From the human T2T-CHM13v2.0 reference genome, Homo sapiens, in NCBI RefSeq assembly GCF_009914755.1, contig NC_060928.1: 64,000 nt of DNA; one strand, 5' to 3'. The notes under the pieces were generated by a model, which was not told the DNA's origin, did not search any database, and worked only from the letters and a program-made list of their open reading frames with translations. How positions within the stretch are numbered: the first letter of the stretch is position 1; each line of letters starts with the position of its first letter. The translations under genes and the position numbers were made by a program. Shown here in pieces: positions 45,101 through 59,796 of this stretch.

Positions 45101-45731
45101 AGTTTAGAATCAAGCACAGTGCTGACATATAACACCTGTTCAATTGATATTTGTTTAGCAAATAAATGAACTCAAATGGGGTTTTCAATTATCTTTTTAC
45201 GAGGAAGTAAGAAACTATAAACAGGAACTACTGTAATAAATTTTAGAAAGTCCTATAACCTTTCCTGCTTTCTCATGTTTATTACTTTGCTATCCTTAGT
45301 TTTTTAAATATAGTTATTGAATAGGAAATCATTATAATTAGATTTGTTCTTAACTTTAGTGACAGCCAAAAGGAGAAAGCTGGGGAAAAGGATAAGACAA
45401 TGGAAAAGGGAGCCCTCAGCAAAGGAAAGGACAAGGAAAGCCGTCAAAGACAGTAGGAAGACTAAATCCCTCTGGTTTTCTGCAGTAAAAGAAAGCCTGG
45501 GGATAAACAGCCTAAGTCTGAGAAAACATCCAGGGGCTTAATACCCACTCACTGAATTTAATATTCAACAAATTTAAAAGCCCTGAGGTACCCTATCTCT
45601 AATATCAATATTGTGCATTTGTAAAATGACTTAACATTTATTTTCAAAGAAGTAAAGGACATGTAATTAAGAACAGATATTTTTAACATGTGTTTTTCCC
45701 CTTGAAAAATTAAGTTATAAGAAATGTTGTG

Positions 45732-46030
45732 GGCTGATCATGGTTGCTCACACCCATAATCCCAACACTTTGGGAGGCCAGGAAGGCAGACCACTTGAGT
45801 CCAGGAGTTCAAGACCAGCTTGGGCAACATAGTAAAACCCTGTGTCCACAAAAAATACAAAAATTAATCAAGTGTGATGGCCCATGCCTGTGGTCCCAGC
45901 TGTTCAGGAGGCTGAGTGTGTTAGGAGGCTCACTTGAGCCTGGGAGGTCAAGGCCACGGTGAGCTGTGATTGCCCCATTGTACTCCAGCCTGAGTGACAG
46001 CAAGATACTACCTCAGAAAGAAAAAAAAAA
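45732..46030 (+). mobile_element. AluJ (Jo/Jr-like)
   Basis: cttgagtccaggagttcaagacc, ggaggtcaaggc, gtgagctgtgattg; TSD-like aaatgttgt/atatgttgt. Confidence 0.92.
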
Positions 46031-47439
46031 TTCTCAAAATATGTTGTCAGCAGCATATCTCTCTGATTTTCTTATAAACATAAACAGCAATTACTTTAGA
46101 TAAACTGAAAATCGTGGACTATATCTATAAAACAATCCGGTGAGCAGGCATTTCAGTGAAATCCACAAAATGAGTGGGTAGGGCCAAACTACCTATAGGT
46201 GAGAAATTCATGTAGTACCAGCATTTGTAGAGGAGGAAGCAAAGGAAAGAAAGAGGGTGTGTGAAACACCAAGAATAGAACACAAAATCCCGAAGGATGC
46301 CCACTGGAAATCATTGCACATCAACCTTAGAAGAGCTGCTAGAGCTAGAAAGGTTTTTATGTATTTCTTTTCACTAAATTTAGCCTAAAATCTGTAGAGG
46401 CTGGAGGGATCTGGACATATGAACCTCAGAGCTAACTAACAGAAGTTTCCAGTGTGGACACATTCTACACTGAAAGAAAAAAAAAACTTGTTGGTCAAAT
46501 CCGAATTAAGCAAGAAGTGAAAATAGGACAAATAAATTGATATAAAAGATGTGTGTGCATTATTCCTTCATATGTGCAAAATATGACAGAACTGAAGCTG
46601 TTCATAACAGCTATATCAATAAATGTAAACCACTTAACTCATTTATTAAAATAAAAAATTTGCATCGTCTAACAAAGCTAAATGTACACCATGTCCCATG
46701 TCTCTCTATACGACAATGGATCAATCTCCAGCTTATTGTTAAGGAAAAGAAAATCAACTTAGACAAGAGTGTGTGGTATATAATAACATTTACCTAAGAA
46801 AAGAGGGGTGTGTAAATAATACATGCACACACACATATATACTTACATTTATATAAGTCTTACATTTATATATCCTTTCTCCCATACTAAGAGTTTTTCA
46901 ACAACACTGAGAATAATAAAAGAGCTCAAATAATTCATTTTCCATTATCTCATGATAACCCCAACATTTATACGCAACCAATACTAAGATGTAAGTGGTG
47001 TGTGTGAATATGTATGTACATATGCATATATATTCATACATACCCATATATATACACACACATACTTGTTTTTTGATGAATAAATAAATTTTGATTTATA
47101 TTGATTTATTATTTATAGTTTTTGCAAAGATCAAATAAAACGGAGGACATAGATAAAAACTAGACTTCTTTGAATATTCTTTTTTAGTGAATTTTTCTTT
47201 GAAAATATGCAACTTGTTTCCATGGTTTTTTAAGTTAAATTTTAAGAAGTAATCTATAAATATTAAAAATAAAATATACAATAGATCTAAATATATATCC
47301 AGTTAGAGGTATAATAACACAGTAAGGTACTATTCCAAGGGCCTTATAAGCAAAGCAATTCTTCTCTACATCCATACGAGATACATCTTAAGAACAATAT
47401 GAACTACCAAAAAATCCAAGATTTTATCAATAATCACAT

Positions 47440-48350
47440 TGAAATTATTATTCTAAGACTGCTGTGTTCATATCATGAGATATGGTAAATAAGTCATCCA
47501 TATGAACTCTTCTGTTATCCTCAGTGTCTTTGATCACCTCTCTGTATAGGAGAAAGGAGATACAAAATATGAGACAGAAATGAAACACTGTGTCTTCCTG
47601 TTTTTGTTGGAAGTCCAAGTATGATGCCAAAGCTGGGAATATATTTTATATTAAAACAATGAGCATCCCTACAGCACAGCTCGTAGCCATGAAATGCCTT
47701 TACTTTTAGCAGGAGTTAGGGCTCTTTGGCAAAGTAGCTAAAACCAGACCTAGGCCAGAAAATTAACAAGACAAAATTGAAACATTTTGCTCTACTAATA
47801 GTAAGATGAACAGCTTCCCACCAAAGTTAGAATAATTTGAGCATCAATAATAGAATACAACGTCTGCAATAGGTTTATCTATATGTGCATATATATATAT
47901 ATTTAAATGTATTAAATCAAAAGGATAATAAAAACAAAAAACAAGTAATTGCCCACAGTTGGAGAATGCTAGTTTTCTAACACTCTGTTTTGAAAATTAA
48001 TAGGTAAAAAGAACTACGTTTCTTTCACCTTTCCTTTATGAACTCTACCTCTGAGTAACCAAATAGAAGAGAAGTTTCTCTTTATAAAGGTATTCCAGCT
48101 ATTAAATGAAGAAATAATTGCAATGTCACTATTTCACAACCCCTAATGAATTAATGCATAGAGGCATTGATCATTGATAGCTGCTAAAATCACACAAAGA
48201 CAGACGTTAAGTGTCTCCTTATGGAAGAAGACAAGATAACTCCCTTTTTTGAAGCAGACTTACTTAAATATTGAAACTGAATCTAATCTAATCTCTATAT
48301 CCAACTCTCAATTTACAGAAAATACAGAGCATGTTAAAGGACAGACTATT
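47440..48350 (+). mobile_element. Old L1 3'UTR (L1MC4-like)
   Basis: aatgagcatcccta...aataatttgagcatcaa...gtttctctttataaaggtattccagcta...caatttacagaaaatacagag. Confidence 0.65.
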
Positions 48351-49072
48351 AGACAACTTATTTAACAAAAGACTTTTTTGGGATCTCTTTTTATTACCTA
48401 AAAAATACATCTTTTTAAAAGAGAGAATTATTTATAAAGTGCCTCAGCCTTCCAGAAAAATGTTCCCAGTTCATTGATGGCAAACTCAAACAGGTTTGAA
48501 AAAAAATCTCAATATTAAATATGGATATGATGCATCAGTTCAAGGTGATTTCTGGTTAGCTGTGTGCTGACAGGCTAGCTAATGATATTCTCTGAGAAGG
48601 ATTACCTCTGAATGAAAGTGTATGGCTGAAATATGAATGTAAAGAAAAAAAGATTAAATGTCTTTTTTGAAGTTAATTTAATCACAGACCTTTGATATCT
48701 TTCTCCTTTTCATTCCAAGAATGTTACTGATCATTATAACCAGAATTTGGTGTTTTCCATTTATTTCTTCCTGACACATCACATTACATACCTGTGAGAT
48801 GTCTGAGTTTCTGCCTATGGGTTTAAGTTTTCTCAACATACATTCAGGAAAGACTATATCCCTCAGATATTTATGAAGGTAATTCGAAAAATAAAACCGA
48901 GGTGGTACTTTTCTTCCTTATGAAGAAATGACTTCTTGTGGAAGGGCTTATTTGATCATGAATGAATTTCAGTCACCAAATATTTACCAAATGTTCATCA
49001 TATGCCAACTTCTAAGGTAAGTGCTGAAGACATAATGATTTACTTATTAAGGTTATTCAATAGTTTCATAGT

Positions 49073-49763
49073 ATATTAGCCCCACCCTTAATATGGTTTC
49101 ATTTTCCATTTTCACTTACCTGATTCCAACTACTGTCTGAAAATATTAATAAATGGAAAATTTCTGAAATAAACAATTCATAAGTTTTAAACTACATGTC
49201 ATTCTGATGAGTGTGATGAAATATTGTGCTGCCCTGCTTCATCTTGTCCCTGGATGTGAATTATCCCTTTGTCCAGTGTATCTATGCTATATACACTACC
49301 CGCCCTTTGGCCATCAATGTCATCAGCTTCTGAGATCCAGCCATTGACATCGTTATGGCTCAATGATCCAAGATCACCTGAAGCAGATGATTTTAGAAGG
49401 ATAAATTGTAGTCTACTGCTATGTCACAAGACCTATGTTATTCACCTCGCTTTGCCTTATCACATAGGTATTTTACCATCTCCCGTAATCACAAGATGAA
49501 GGGTAGGTACAGTACAATAAGAGAGGGAGAGAGACTACATTCACATAACTTATATTACAGTATATTTTATAATTGTTCTATTTTATTATCTGTTATTTTT
49601 GTTAAAACCTTACCGTGTCTAACTGATAAATTAAATTTTATTATACGCATGTATGTATGTGTGTATAGGAAAAAGTGTAGTATATATAGAGAGAGTTCAG
49701 TACTATCCAAGGTTTAAGGAATCCACTAAGGAAGTATCCCCTGGCGGTGAGGGGAGACTACTG
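49073..49763 (+). mobile_element. MER44-family (TcMar-Tigger) DNA transposon
   Basis: aataaacaattcataagttttaaa...ggatgtgaattatccctttgtccag...gatcacctgaagcagatgat...ggggagactactg terminus. Confidence 0.85.
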
Positions 49764-49842
49764 CACTCATTATATACTAGGCATCTTAACAACTGGCAGA
49801 TCTGCTGTTTGAACTCAGAGAGGTTGTTTCTAGACTCTGCAT

Positions 49843-50070
49843 CAGAAGTTCCCAAACTTTTTCATCAATGACACTTTGAGTGTCTTGGTAATTTATTTAA
49901 TAATGTTACAAGACCAAAAGAAACATCCTAGTGTTTCATTATTATGTATTTAGGTCTCCAAGCTTAACAATACTAGCATATGTTGTGCCTGACAGATGTC
50001 TCTGTGTTTTTTTCAAATATTTAAAAATCTTTTGGTACTCTGGGAGTTTACTGGATGTTTAGGTACACTA
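49843..50070. mobile_element. hAT-Charlie-like MITE fragment
   Basis: Starts cagaagttcccaaacttt, a Charlie-type TIR; family not resolved. Confidence 0.4.
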
Positions 50071-50573
50071 AAAATGCAGATCAACTTATTTACCACTACA
50101 CATGCTGCTTACATATGAAAAACAGTCTACTCTCAGTCTAGGCCAGCAATAGTCATTCAGTTTTAAAATTTATTTTAAAGGCTCAAAGTAATATATACAT
50201 CAAATATAACTTTAAAAATAAAAATGAAATTATGATAAATATGCAAAATATTGGTTGTCAATCATGGTCTTTACTGATACATTAGAATATGTCTCAAGAG
50301 TTGGCAGAAGTATTATAAAAAAATTTTAATATAAGCTAAGGTATCCAAGTTTGGAGGATGATGTACATTTTAAGTTATCACTAAAATATACTTTCTGCAT
50401 GCTTTAGTTAGTAGAAGGAATATACTCTCATATGTTTATCCAGCTCATTGGCAATTGTGCATTAATATTTGTATAAATGATGCACTCATGACTATAGGCA
50501 CTATACACTGTTCATTGTAAGTCACAGTTTTGCAGAAAAAACGAAGTCAGGAACCACTGTCTAGAGTTACATA

Positions 50574-50845
50574 GAGGCATCATGGAGTGAGGAAGATAAG
50601 AACATAGGTTTTTAGATACGAAAGAGACGGAGTGGAATCCTGAATCAACCAAGGACTGATTGGTTGATTCAGAGGGCACAATAAATGTATGACTGTAGAA
50701 AAGCTACTAATTATCTCCTGGATGTCAGTGTCTCATCTGTAAAATGGGGCATATAATACTCAAATTGAAACTTATTATTTTGATTTAAATAAGATGCCTA
50801 AAATGCTTACTTCCTGGCATACATTAAATGTTGAATAAATGAAAT
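50574..50845 (+). mobile_element. MIR
   Basis: tcagtgtctcatctgtaaaatgggg core and cctggcatacattaaatgttgaataaatg tail. Confidence 0.7.
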
Positions 50846-52559
50846 AAAGAAGGGATATAATATAAAAGTTACTGTATGAAGTATCATAGCATTTCAGGGA
50901 GGAAATTACTTACCACTGGAGAGGTCAAAAAGATGTTATACGACTGGCTTTTAAGGATAGCTTAGAGCAGTGACTTTCAAATTTCATTACCATGACCAAA
51001 TAAACATGCGTTTTAGATGCTTTATTACAATGTTGTGTTTGTATAATTTTAACAAATTCAAAAGATACATTTTCTTTCTATATTTGATGCATCCTGTTTA
51101 AAACCTACTAAATTATTTTTCATGTCTCTTAGTTTGAAAGGCATTTATTCAAATCTTGGGCAGAGACTGAATTGAAGCTTTAATTTAAGAATCAAATAGT
51201 ATCTAGGTAGGGACTGATCCTTCCTTCCAAAAGTATGGTAGGCTAGATATGCTACAGAGATTGCCACTGAAACGCCTAAGATCTGGAATAAATTACAGTA
51301 ACATATATCTTTTACATTAATATGTTCACTAAAATTAAGAGAAGATTAAAGATTCAGGGGCAACAAACAGACACAACCGTGAGCTGAACCATAAGCAGAG
51401 GGCAATAAGGAAGAAACAAGTGAGAAGAAAAGGGTATGGTGCATTGTGCCTGCCATTAGGGCACAAGCCCATGTTAATGTTAGTGAGGGAAAACAAAAGA
51501 TTCTAAAGGCATGGCAAAGTGAAGAAGGTCCTCCAGAGATTCTGTGATTAAACTGAAGCCCATGGCAAGGCTAAAAATATTCCAGGTCATTTATAACTAT
51601 TGGTTGAATAGTAGGATAAAATTCAAGTTCACTCTGGTGAAAAACACTCCTATGTATTTTGATAGATGAAATTCAAAACCAAATATACCAAACATGTTAG
51701 GAAACAAGACACCATGAGTAAAAGTCAGCAGGAAGGAAAAAGGAAAAAAAAAAACATTTAGACCACCAAGAACATCAGATATTGGGGTTACTAGATAAAT
51801 AATACAATATAATTATGTATAAATTAATGAGAAAAAGAAAAGGCCAGGTAAGTTTCATGAAAATGACTGATAAAGACATGAAAAGATGTTTAAACCAATT
51901 AATAATCACGGAAATTCAAATCTGATTAAAATGAATTCAAATTTACACACACTAGATAAGGGAGAATCAAGAAGTATTATAATGTTAAGTGTCGACAAAA
52001 ATGTGAAACAACTGGAACTTTTATACTCTCCTGGTATATATGAAATGCAAGTTGGTAGAGTAATTTTATTAAAAATCTGATAGTAACAGAGTTGAACATG
52101 TGAATACAACTTGGGAATTCTACTCTTAGAAGAACTTGAATGAAGTCTAATAAGAGAAATCCACAAAAATAAGACCTCAAGTTTTGCATCCTCAGTCTTA
52201 GGGTAGAGAGGAAATAAACCTTCCATATATAGAAGGGGAAAGAGGAAATTTGTCTATGGCATAAAATGATAGAGAAAATTTGCCTTAGGCATGAAAAAAT
52301 ATAGAATCAAGCCAATCTTTATATAGGTTTTAAGTTCAAAATCAAGCTGCCTATGTTGTGCAAAAAGAAAAACAAAACCAGACAAAAACCTCACTAGCTA
52401 ATTTAAGTGATCTTTCTGTTGGTAGTCCTCCCATCCCTGCTCATTAGACTGATATAAGTAAATGTAGAGCTCTAGAAGAACTTATACTTCAATTGAGTCT
52501 TCTAGTAGTTTCCACAGAAATGATCCCTGAGAAGACTGGCTGTGTTTTCTGGTACAGAG

Positions 52560-52760
52560 GTTTCATGCATGGACTCTCTCTCACAAGGGTGATCTTCCTC
52601 TTGCTATTGTTGAATGCCTGACCTCCCAGCAGTAGACTGATATTGAACAACAGATCCCCTACCATCCCTGGAGACCTTTTTCATTCTGGAGAGGCCACTG
52701 AGTCTGTCTTACAGAAGGACACCTGCACCTAACATGGGTTTGCCTTCCCTTTCTACAGTA
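52560..52760 (+). mobile_element. Ancient ERVL internal (integrase-region) fragment
   Basis: gctattgttgaatgcctgacctcccagcagtagac and atgggtttgccttccct parallel the ERV-L integrase region at 22840-23030. Confidence 0.5.
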
Positions 52761-52965
52761 CTTTTGTTTTATTTTATTTTATATTTTTAGTTCGAGGTGG
52801 GAATATAATAGCAAGTGAGGATGTGATAGGTCTTATCAAGTAGAAGGAAAAATTGATGTGGAAGAAATATGGGAGAATTGCCACAGTCAAGTCCATGAGC
52901 AATGAACTACACATTGGGGTGACTACTAATTCTTGAAATGGCAAAGGATTAGGGTTATGAATAGT

Positions 52966-53360
52966 TGTAGTGGATCTGGAGGTGTTCTGCCTCAATCATA
53001 TTTACCGGAAGGTACGCCTATTCACCAATTGTGGAAGTTTTTTCTGCTAATAGCTCACACCTGTCGCCTTCTCTGATGAGTCACCTATAACCTAGGCCAA
53101 ACAGGAGCGTTATTGCCCTGGTAGTTACACAGATATACCTGCGACTCTCAGACGCCATCCAGGCCAATGACTGAAGCAACTCATTCCAGAGTTCCTTTCA
53201 GGAAAGGCTGAAGGGGCTTCCTAGCTGGTATCTCCTTCTTCCTTGGCTTTTTGCCCTGCCCCATTCTGCCTCCCTATGGCCTGTTCCCAAGCTCTTCCTC
53301 AACCAATCTCTTGAGAATCTCCTTCTCAGATTCTACCTCTAGAGAAGGAAAACTAAGATG
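52966..53360 (+). mobile_element. LTR16-family LTR
   Basis: tgtagtggatctggagg...ggccaatgactga...ctcagattctacctctagagaa...ctaagatg. Confidence 0.6.
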
Positions 53361-55678
53361 AGAACTTTAAGAGACTCACTTGTCCAGATCCTTATTTAAC
53401 ATAGGTTCCATTTACTAAAAATCTCTGTAGTGCTTGCCTGTATTCATGGCAGTCTTTCTGTCACTCAGTAAAAGAAAGCCATAACTTTTATTTCAGTTGA
53501 GTCCTACTGTGGCATATTTTCCCAAGGTGAGAAACTGTTTGGAGTACATGGAAGAGTGGAAAAAGGAGTAATTCATTATACTGATTTCAGGGTAGCCTCC
53601 TTTAATCATTAATCAAGGTACCATAAACACATCAGAATTTATTTTTCCCTGTGTGATGTGTGTGTGTGTGTGTATCAGATAGATGATAAGATAGATAAGT
53701 TTGGACAAATAGATGATACATAATTTAAGAGTTATTTCTGTTAAGCCTGTGTTTTAGCTTATACTGGAAAATTGTTTATTCAGGAATTTGAAGAATGTGG
53801 TGATGGAGGAATCACAATTGTTTATTAGTATATCTTCTATCTCTGAAATATTGCCCAATAATTCATTGCACTTGAAGAAAGGTCCACTGAGAGCAAATCA
53901 AAGAGAAAATTGTAAGAAATATTAACTCTTAAAAATGACTTCCTTTTCATATATTTAAATATATTGCAGATAGCCTCAAAATTCATCCCAAGAACACTTT
54001 AACTGGAGTTAAAAGCACATTCTAACAGCTTAAGCACTTAATGATGTTCATTCTTTACAATTGAATTTGAATATTTCCCAAGACTTCTAAATTTTGCAAG
54101 ATACAATGAACAAAATCCACTGGAAAAAAAATACGATTTTGTTTCAGATTTAATAGTAAGATGGGTAAAACTTATTTTATTTGTTATATCACAACATTAT
54201 CCAGAGTCAATTATTATCTGTTTTCACCTTATAAAATATTTAATATTTTTAAAACCTATTAACAAAAATAAAAATGAGTTTTATGTGTCAAACATTGTGT
54301 TTTAACAGTCAATATATTTATTTTAACTGCATAGAAATTAATGTAGTAATTTTTGAGTTTTTACAATATTGTTGATAAATACTTTTCAAGGCCCAAAACC
54401 AGACAGACAGGCACACATTTACCAAAAGAATACCATGGGTTTTAGCATATTCCTTGCCCTGGTACATGAAAATATTCTAGCATTTATTATTACAAAGTAA
54501 GTAATGAAAATAGCATATATATTTATCTTTTTATAACTTATTTTTCAAAAGGTAATTAAATTACATCCATTTGATTTTAATTCCGATAGCTTTGTTTGTA
54601 ATCTATTTTACAAGATGCAACTTTTATTTTAGAATAGTTTTAATGCTATTACACAAAATATTTTTTAATTTAATAATGAGGATGGCCTTTGAGCTAAAAT
54701 AAGCCTGATTTGGGTGGTAAGTTGACATGAAGATTGCCCTTGCTAATTAGGTTTGACGGCAGATAAATTGAAGAAGTTAATTGAGTCAAATCTTAGATCT
54801 CCATTGTTTTGATGGCTATATATCTATGTACCTATATCCTTATTCCCCTATTATATATCGTTTATCAATCTATTAATTGATCTATGACCTTCAATAAAAG
54901 AATATTATAAAAATAATGACTTGTCAAATTGTAATAGAATTAATAATATTTGATTTTTTTCAACCTTTTTAAAATGTATGAGGTTAAATGAGGTGCCATT
55001 ATGTGAAACTCTTACATGCAGTGTCGTTATTTGATAAGTATGGAAAAGCTATTTTGTATTCTTTCCTGAAACTTACTAAGAGACAAACTTAATGACTGGG
55101 TAATACATCCTCTTATACAGCAGGAAGTTTATAATTTTTTTTTTTTTGCCTGAAGCAGCACCAGACCTGACAAACTTTTTAGCTGATAGGTCTTTAAGGT
55201 TTTTAATTTTGTTTTGTTTGTTTTAATGAGGGATAGCCATGCAGACTTTTTAAGCATCTATTTTGAACCAGTTAAAAGAACTGAAAAAATTACCAAAAGA
55301 AAACTTCTACTCTGACACATTAGTTAGAAAAACAAGGTTTTTAGCATTTACATTTATAAAAACAAATCATTGAAAGAAAATTGGTGCTGAACTTCTTTTT
55401 CATATGTCAAATTCATTCATGAAAATATACACTTATTGAAAAAAATCCTTATTCAGCCTCTTCAAGAGACTCATTTCGAATAAAACATTTTATGTTTACT
55501 AATTCCTTTGGAAAGTTTGCAGATTATTGCATTTTGATCAAAAATCTTACTATTAGTAATGCCACCTCAGTCTACGAGAATTTTTAAGGCTTGATTACAC
55601 GCGTGAGCCACCGTGCCCGACCCACATTATGAATTTTTGTGCGTGCAGCAAAAATTTTGATTTGCATTTCTCTGATGA

Positions 55679-55975
<297 letters not shown>

Positions 55976-58324
55976 CACATTATGAATTTTTGTGCGTGCA
56001 GTAAATCTAGTGAAATAATTGTAGGAGAAAAACAACATAAATATTGTGAATGTTAAAGAGTGCTTTCTCATGGATACTATGTTTTCTCTCTAATGCATGA
56101 TTGAGGATGTTCAATTATTTTTGTTGAAAGCAGTAATTAGAACCACTTGACTTGTAACAGAATGTGTTGCCTCATCTTTACAGTCAGTATATTCTAGCAA
56201 CAACATTTTGAAACTTTGGTTTCGCAGCCCAGAGATGATAAACCTTCAGCATGGTAAAATTTGGCTTGATGAGAAATAACGTGTCTTTTGCAAATTGGGA
56301 AAAGGGCGATCATTAAAGAGAAAGTGGAAAAAGAGACCAGTAAGATGTCAGGATCTCGGGTGCCTTCTCAAGCAGGTAATGTATAGAAGAAGTACATAGG
56401 CAAATTGAGGATTCTGTCATTGATTAGCTTAAAACTATGCCCTTGCTAGAAATGTCTTTGTGTATCTCTAGGGTTACACATAAATCCGTTGTTTGGTAGA
56501 CCCCTACACTAGGATAATCATGTAGGGGGACCAAGCATCCCAGACCAAACATCTTTTTCAGGTAAAAAAGTAATCACTTTAAATTGAACTAATATGTAAT
56601 TGTTTGTTTTCTCTAATATATTTCAGCAACTGAAGTTGCATACGGAGTAACTGGAGAATTAGACTTAAATGGAAAGGAGTTTTGCCCTGTGAGAGAAGGG
56701 CAATGATTAAAGATGTAGAGCAGGGATTAAATCTATAGTGAATTAATCAGAAAATGAGACAATTTGGATGATGAGGGCCAGTGAGGTAAAAGTTGTTGGA
56801 GTTGGGGTATTGGAGAGAAAATATGAGGTTATGGCATTCAAGTGGGAAGTTTAAAATTCAGGTTATGTAAAACATATGTTTTGTGCTATCTTGGTTACAT
56901 CCACACAAAATAATCAATTTGTAGTTTTGCAGAAGGCCTTATAGCCCATTAAGCCTTAGTTCATTACCCTCCTTTTACAGATGAAGACCTAGCAATATTA
57001 ATGAGAGGGTATTGCCTAAATTCTGTCAGAGGAAGAACCAAAACCAGACCTTTCTGATTATCATGAGTCCTTGCCTTTTTAAAAAATCTCTCACCTGATA
57101 CCTTTACTTTAATATCTTGCTTTCATGTTATATATTCCTACCAATCCCCATACAGTTTAAATTTTCCTTCCCATAAAAACACAAATTGAGTGAATTCTCA
57201 AAGTTTTATTCTTGTGTAGGCAGAAATATCCTTAATGGTAATAGTTTTGGTCTGTACTATCTCAATGCCCTGGAGAATCAGAATCCTCAAACATGTCAAT
57301 ATTTTTCATTAAAACTTTTCTGAAAGCATTATCTACAAATATTGCAAAGTGACCTAATGCATGTAAACAGGTAAGAATCTATATAATCAATCATAAATTA
57401 TACCTGCCTCCTTGCCAAGTACTGCTTTGAAAATGAAGCATTACACACACACACACACACACCATGACACATACATACACTGCTGTTTAGAATGTAAGAT
57501 TGTTGGTTTTTAATGGAATTAAATACTCCAGAATTTGCCCAGAAATATTCATGGTATTTATGGGGAATTAAAACTTCTAGCTATGCTCCACAAGTGTGAT
57601 TCTAGATTTCAAAGAAGTAATAACTTTGTTTTATGGGAAACTTTGTTTTCATCTTCAATAACAAATACAGTGGAATTATAGTTTGTAACATTCTTATCTT
57701 GCTTGGTTATTGTGTTCATGAATCTTAGCAGGTACAACTGGGAGGAAACAGGCACAGTTTGTGAGGTCGTAAAGAATTCAGTCTTCATTTGCATGTTTCC
57801 CACCAAAAGAGCAATTATTAGTTACTATTTTAAGTACATGAGACTTTGTACTGCATTAAATTCTTATGACTATAGAAATAAGTAATTTATATGTGGCTTG
57901 ATGAAATACAATCTTCTTCAAACATAAAAACATTATGGGTTTGTAGTGCAGAGAACTCTATTCCAGGAGAAAATCCCCGGATTAATCAGTGAAAATAGCT
58001 TCTCAGAGTGACATACTGAATTTTATTTAGATTGTATGCATTTTAGTCACATTGTAAGAGTTTCAAGTTAAACAATTGTTCCAGATAGAATTATTTATAA
58101 ATTGTAAGATTTTAGTGAACTAGAAATTGCTTACTACCTTTCAATATTTACTTTTTTCCATGCCAGTTGATTATTGTTTATATTTCCTAATTTTATTGAA
58201 CTATGACCTGCCTTTATGATTTTATTCAGTTTTTAATGTATTCTCAACAGTGGTTCAAATTTCAGTGTCTTCATCTCGTTTATTTAAGTGCATATAAAGG
58301 ATAAACATCTGTAAATTTTACATT

Positions 58325-59170
58325 TTTTTATTTTGTTTTTTTTTATAGCGGTAAAATATACATACAAAATTTACCACATTTACCCTTTTGAAGTATACAT
58401 TTAAGTAGTAATAACCACATTTACGTTCTTTTCTTTCCCTTAATTTTCCCATCCTTTCTATCCTTCCTGGCTTCTTTTAATCACCAATCTATTCTCTATC
58501 TTCAAAAAACCCACTTTTTAATTTGCCACATATGAGTGAAAGCATGAAATATTTGTCTTTCTGTGCTTGGCTTATTTCACTTAGCATAATAGCCTCTAGT
58601 TCCATCCATGTGGCTGCAAATGGGAGGATTTCAGTCTTTTTTATGGCCAAATAATACTTCACTGTGTATATGTAGCACATTTTCTTTAACCATTCATCTG
58701 TTGGTAAGAACTTAGGTAGATTCCATATTTTGGCTATTACGAATAATGCAGTGAACATGGGAGTGTAGATATCTTTTCAATAGTTGATTTTGTTCCTTTT
58801 GGATATATACCCAGTAGTGGAAGTGCTGGATTATATGGAAGTTTTATTTTTAGTTTTTTGAGGAGCCTCTACACTATTCTCCATAGTGTTTGTACTAATT
58901 TACATTCTCACAATACAGAATTTACATTCTCACAAACAAAATTTACATTCTCAGAAAAGTTTCAATGAAAAATATTGACATATCCACATCAGATTTTGAT
59001 CCAAGCCATTTTAACTGAGGTAAGATGATATATCATTGTAATTTTGATTTGCATTTCTCTGATGATTAGTGATGTGAGCACTTTTTCATATACCTGTTAG
59101 TCATTTGTATGTCTTCTTTTAAGAAACATCTGTTCAGATCTTTTGTCTATTTTTAAATAGTATTATATAT
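58325..59170 (-). mobile_element. L1MA-class 3' fragment
   Basis: T-rich tail; atttgtctttctgtgcttggcttatttcacttagc; minus-strand ORF MFTALFVIAKIWNLPK...ATWMELEAIMLSEISQAQKDKY. Confidence 0.87.
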
Positions 59171-59449
59171 TTAAACTGGTCTTGAGCTTCCCGAATATTG
59201 ATAGATTGAATTAATATTTACATAAATTCAAACAGAAACACTTTTCTTTCATCGGAATTTCTTTTAAAATCAGCAGTTGTGTGTTCATTGTTCCACAAGC
59301 CAGCAATGTCAGTAGACAATTAGATTTAAACACCATTTTAACTCCTAAAACTTTTTTACTTTCAGAAGATACATAATGAAAAGAGGTAGATACAAATTTT
59401 CATCCTTGTAGTTTGTCAGGATAAAGTACTCTATTCACCTATCCATTCG

Positions 59450-59796
59450 TGTTACAGTTTGGCTGTGCTGCCACCCAAATCTTATCTCCCATAATTCCCA
59501 TGTGTGGTGGGAGGGACCTGGTGTGAGGTAACTGAATCATGGGGGCGAGTCTTCCCTGTATTGTTCTCCTGACAGTAAATAGGTCTCAAGAGATCTTATG
59601 GTTTTATAAAGGGCAGTTCCCCTACACAAGCTCTCTTGCCTGCCCTCCCGTAAGACGTGACTTTTGCTCCTTATTTGCCTTCTTTCATGATTGTGAGGCC
59701 TCCCTAGCCATGTGGAACTGTGAGTCAATTAAAACTCTTTCCTTTGTAAATTACTCGGGTATGTCTTTATTAGCATCATGAGAACAGACTAATACA
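59450..59796 (+). mobile_element. THE1B-like solo LTR inserted in an L2 (TTCA)n tail
   Basis: tgttacagtttggctgtg...gaacagactaataca; decayed TSD attcg/actca. Confidence 0.9.
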
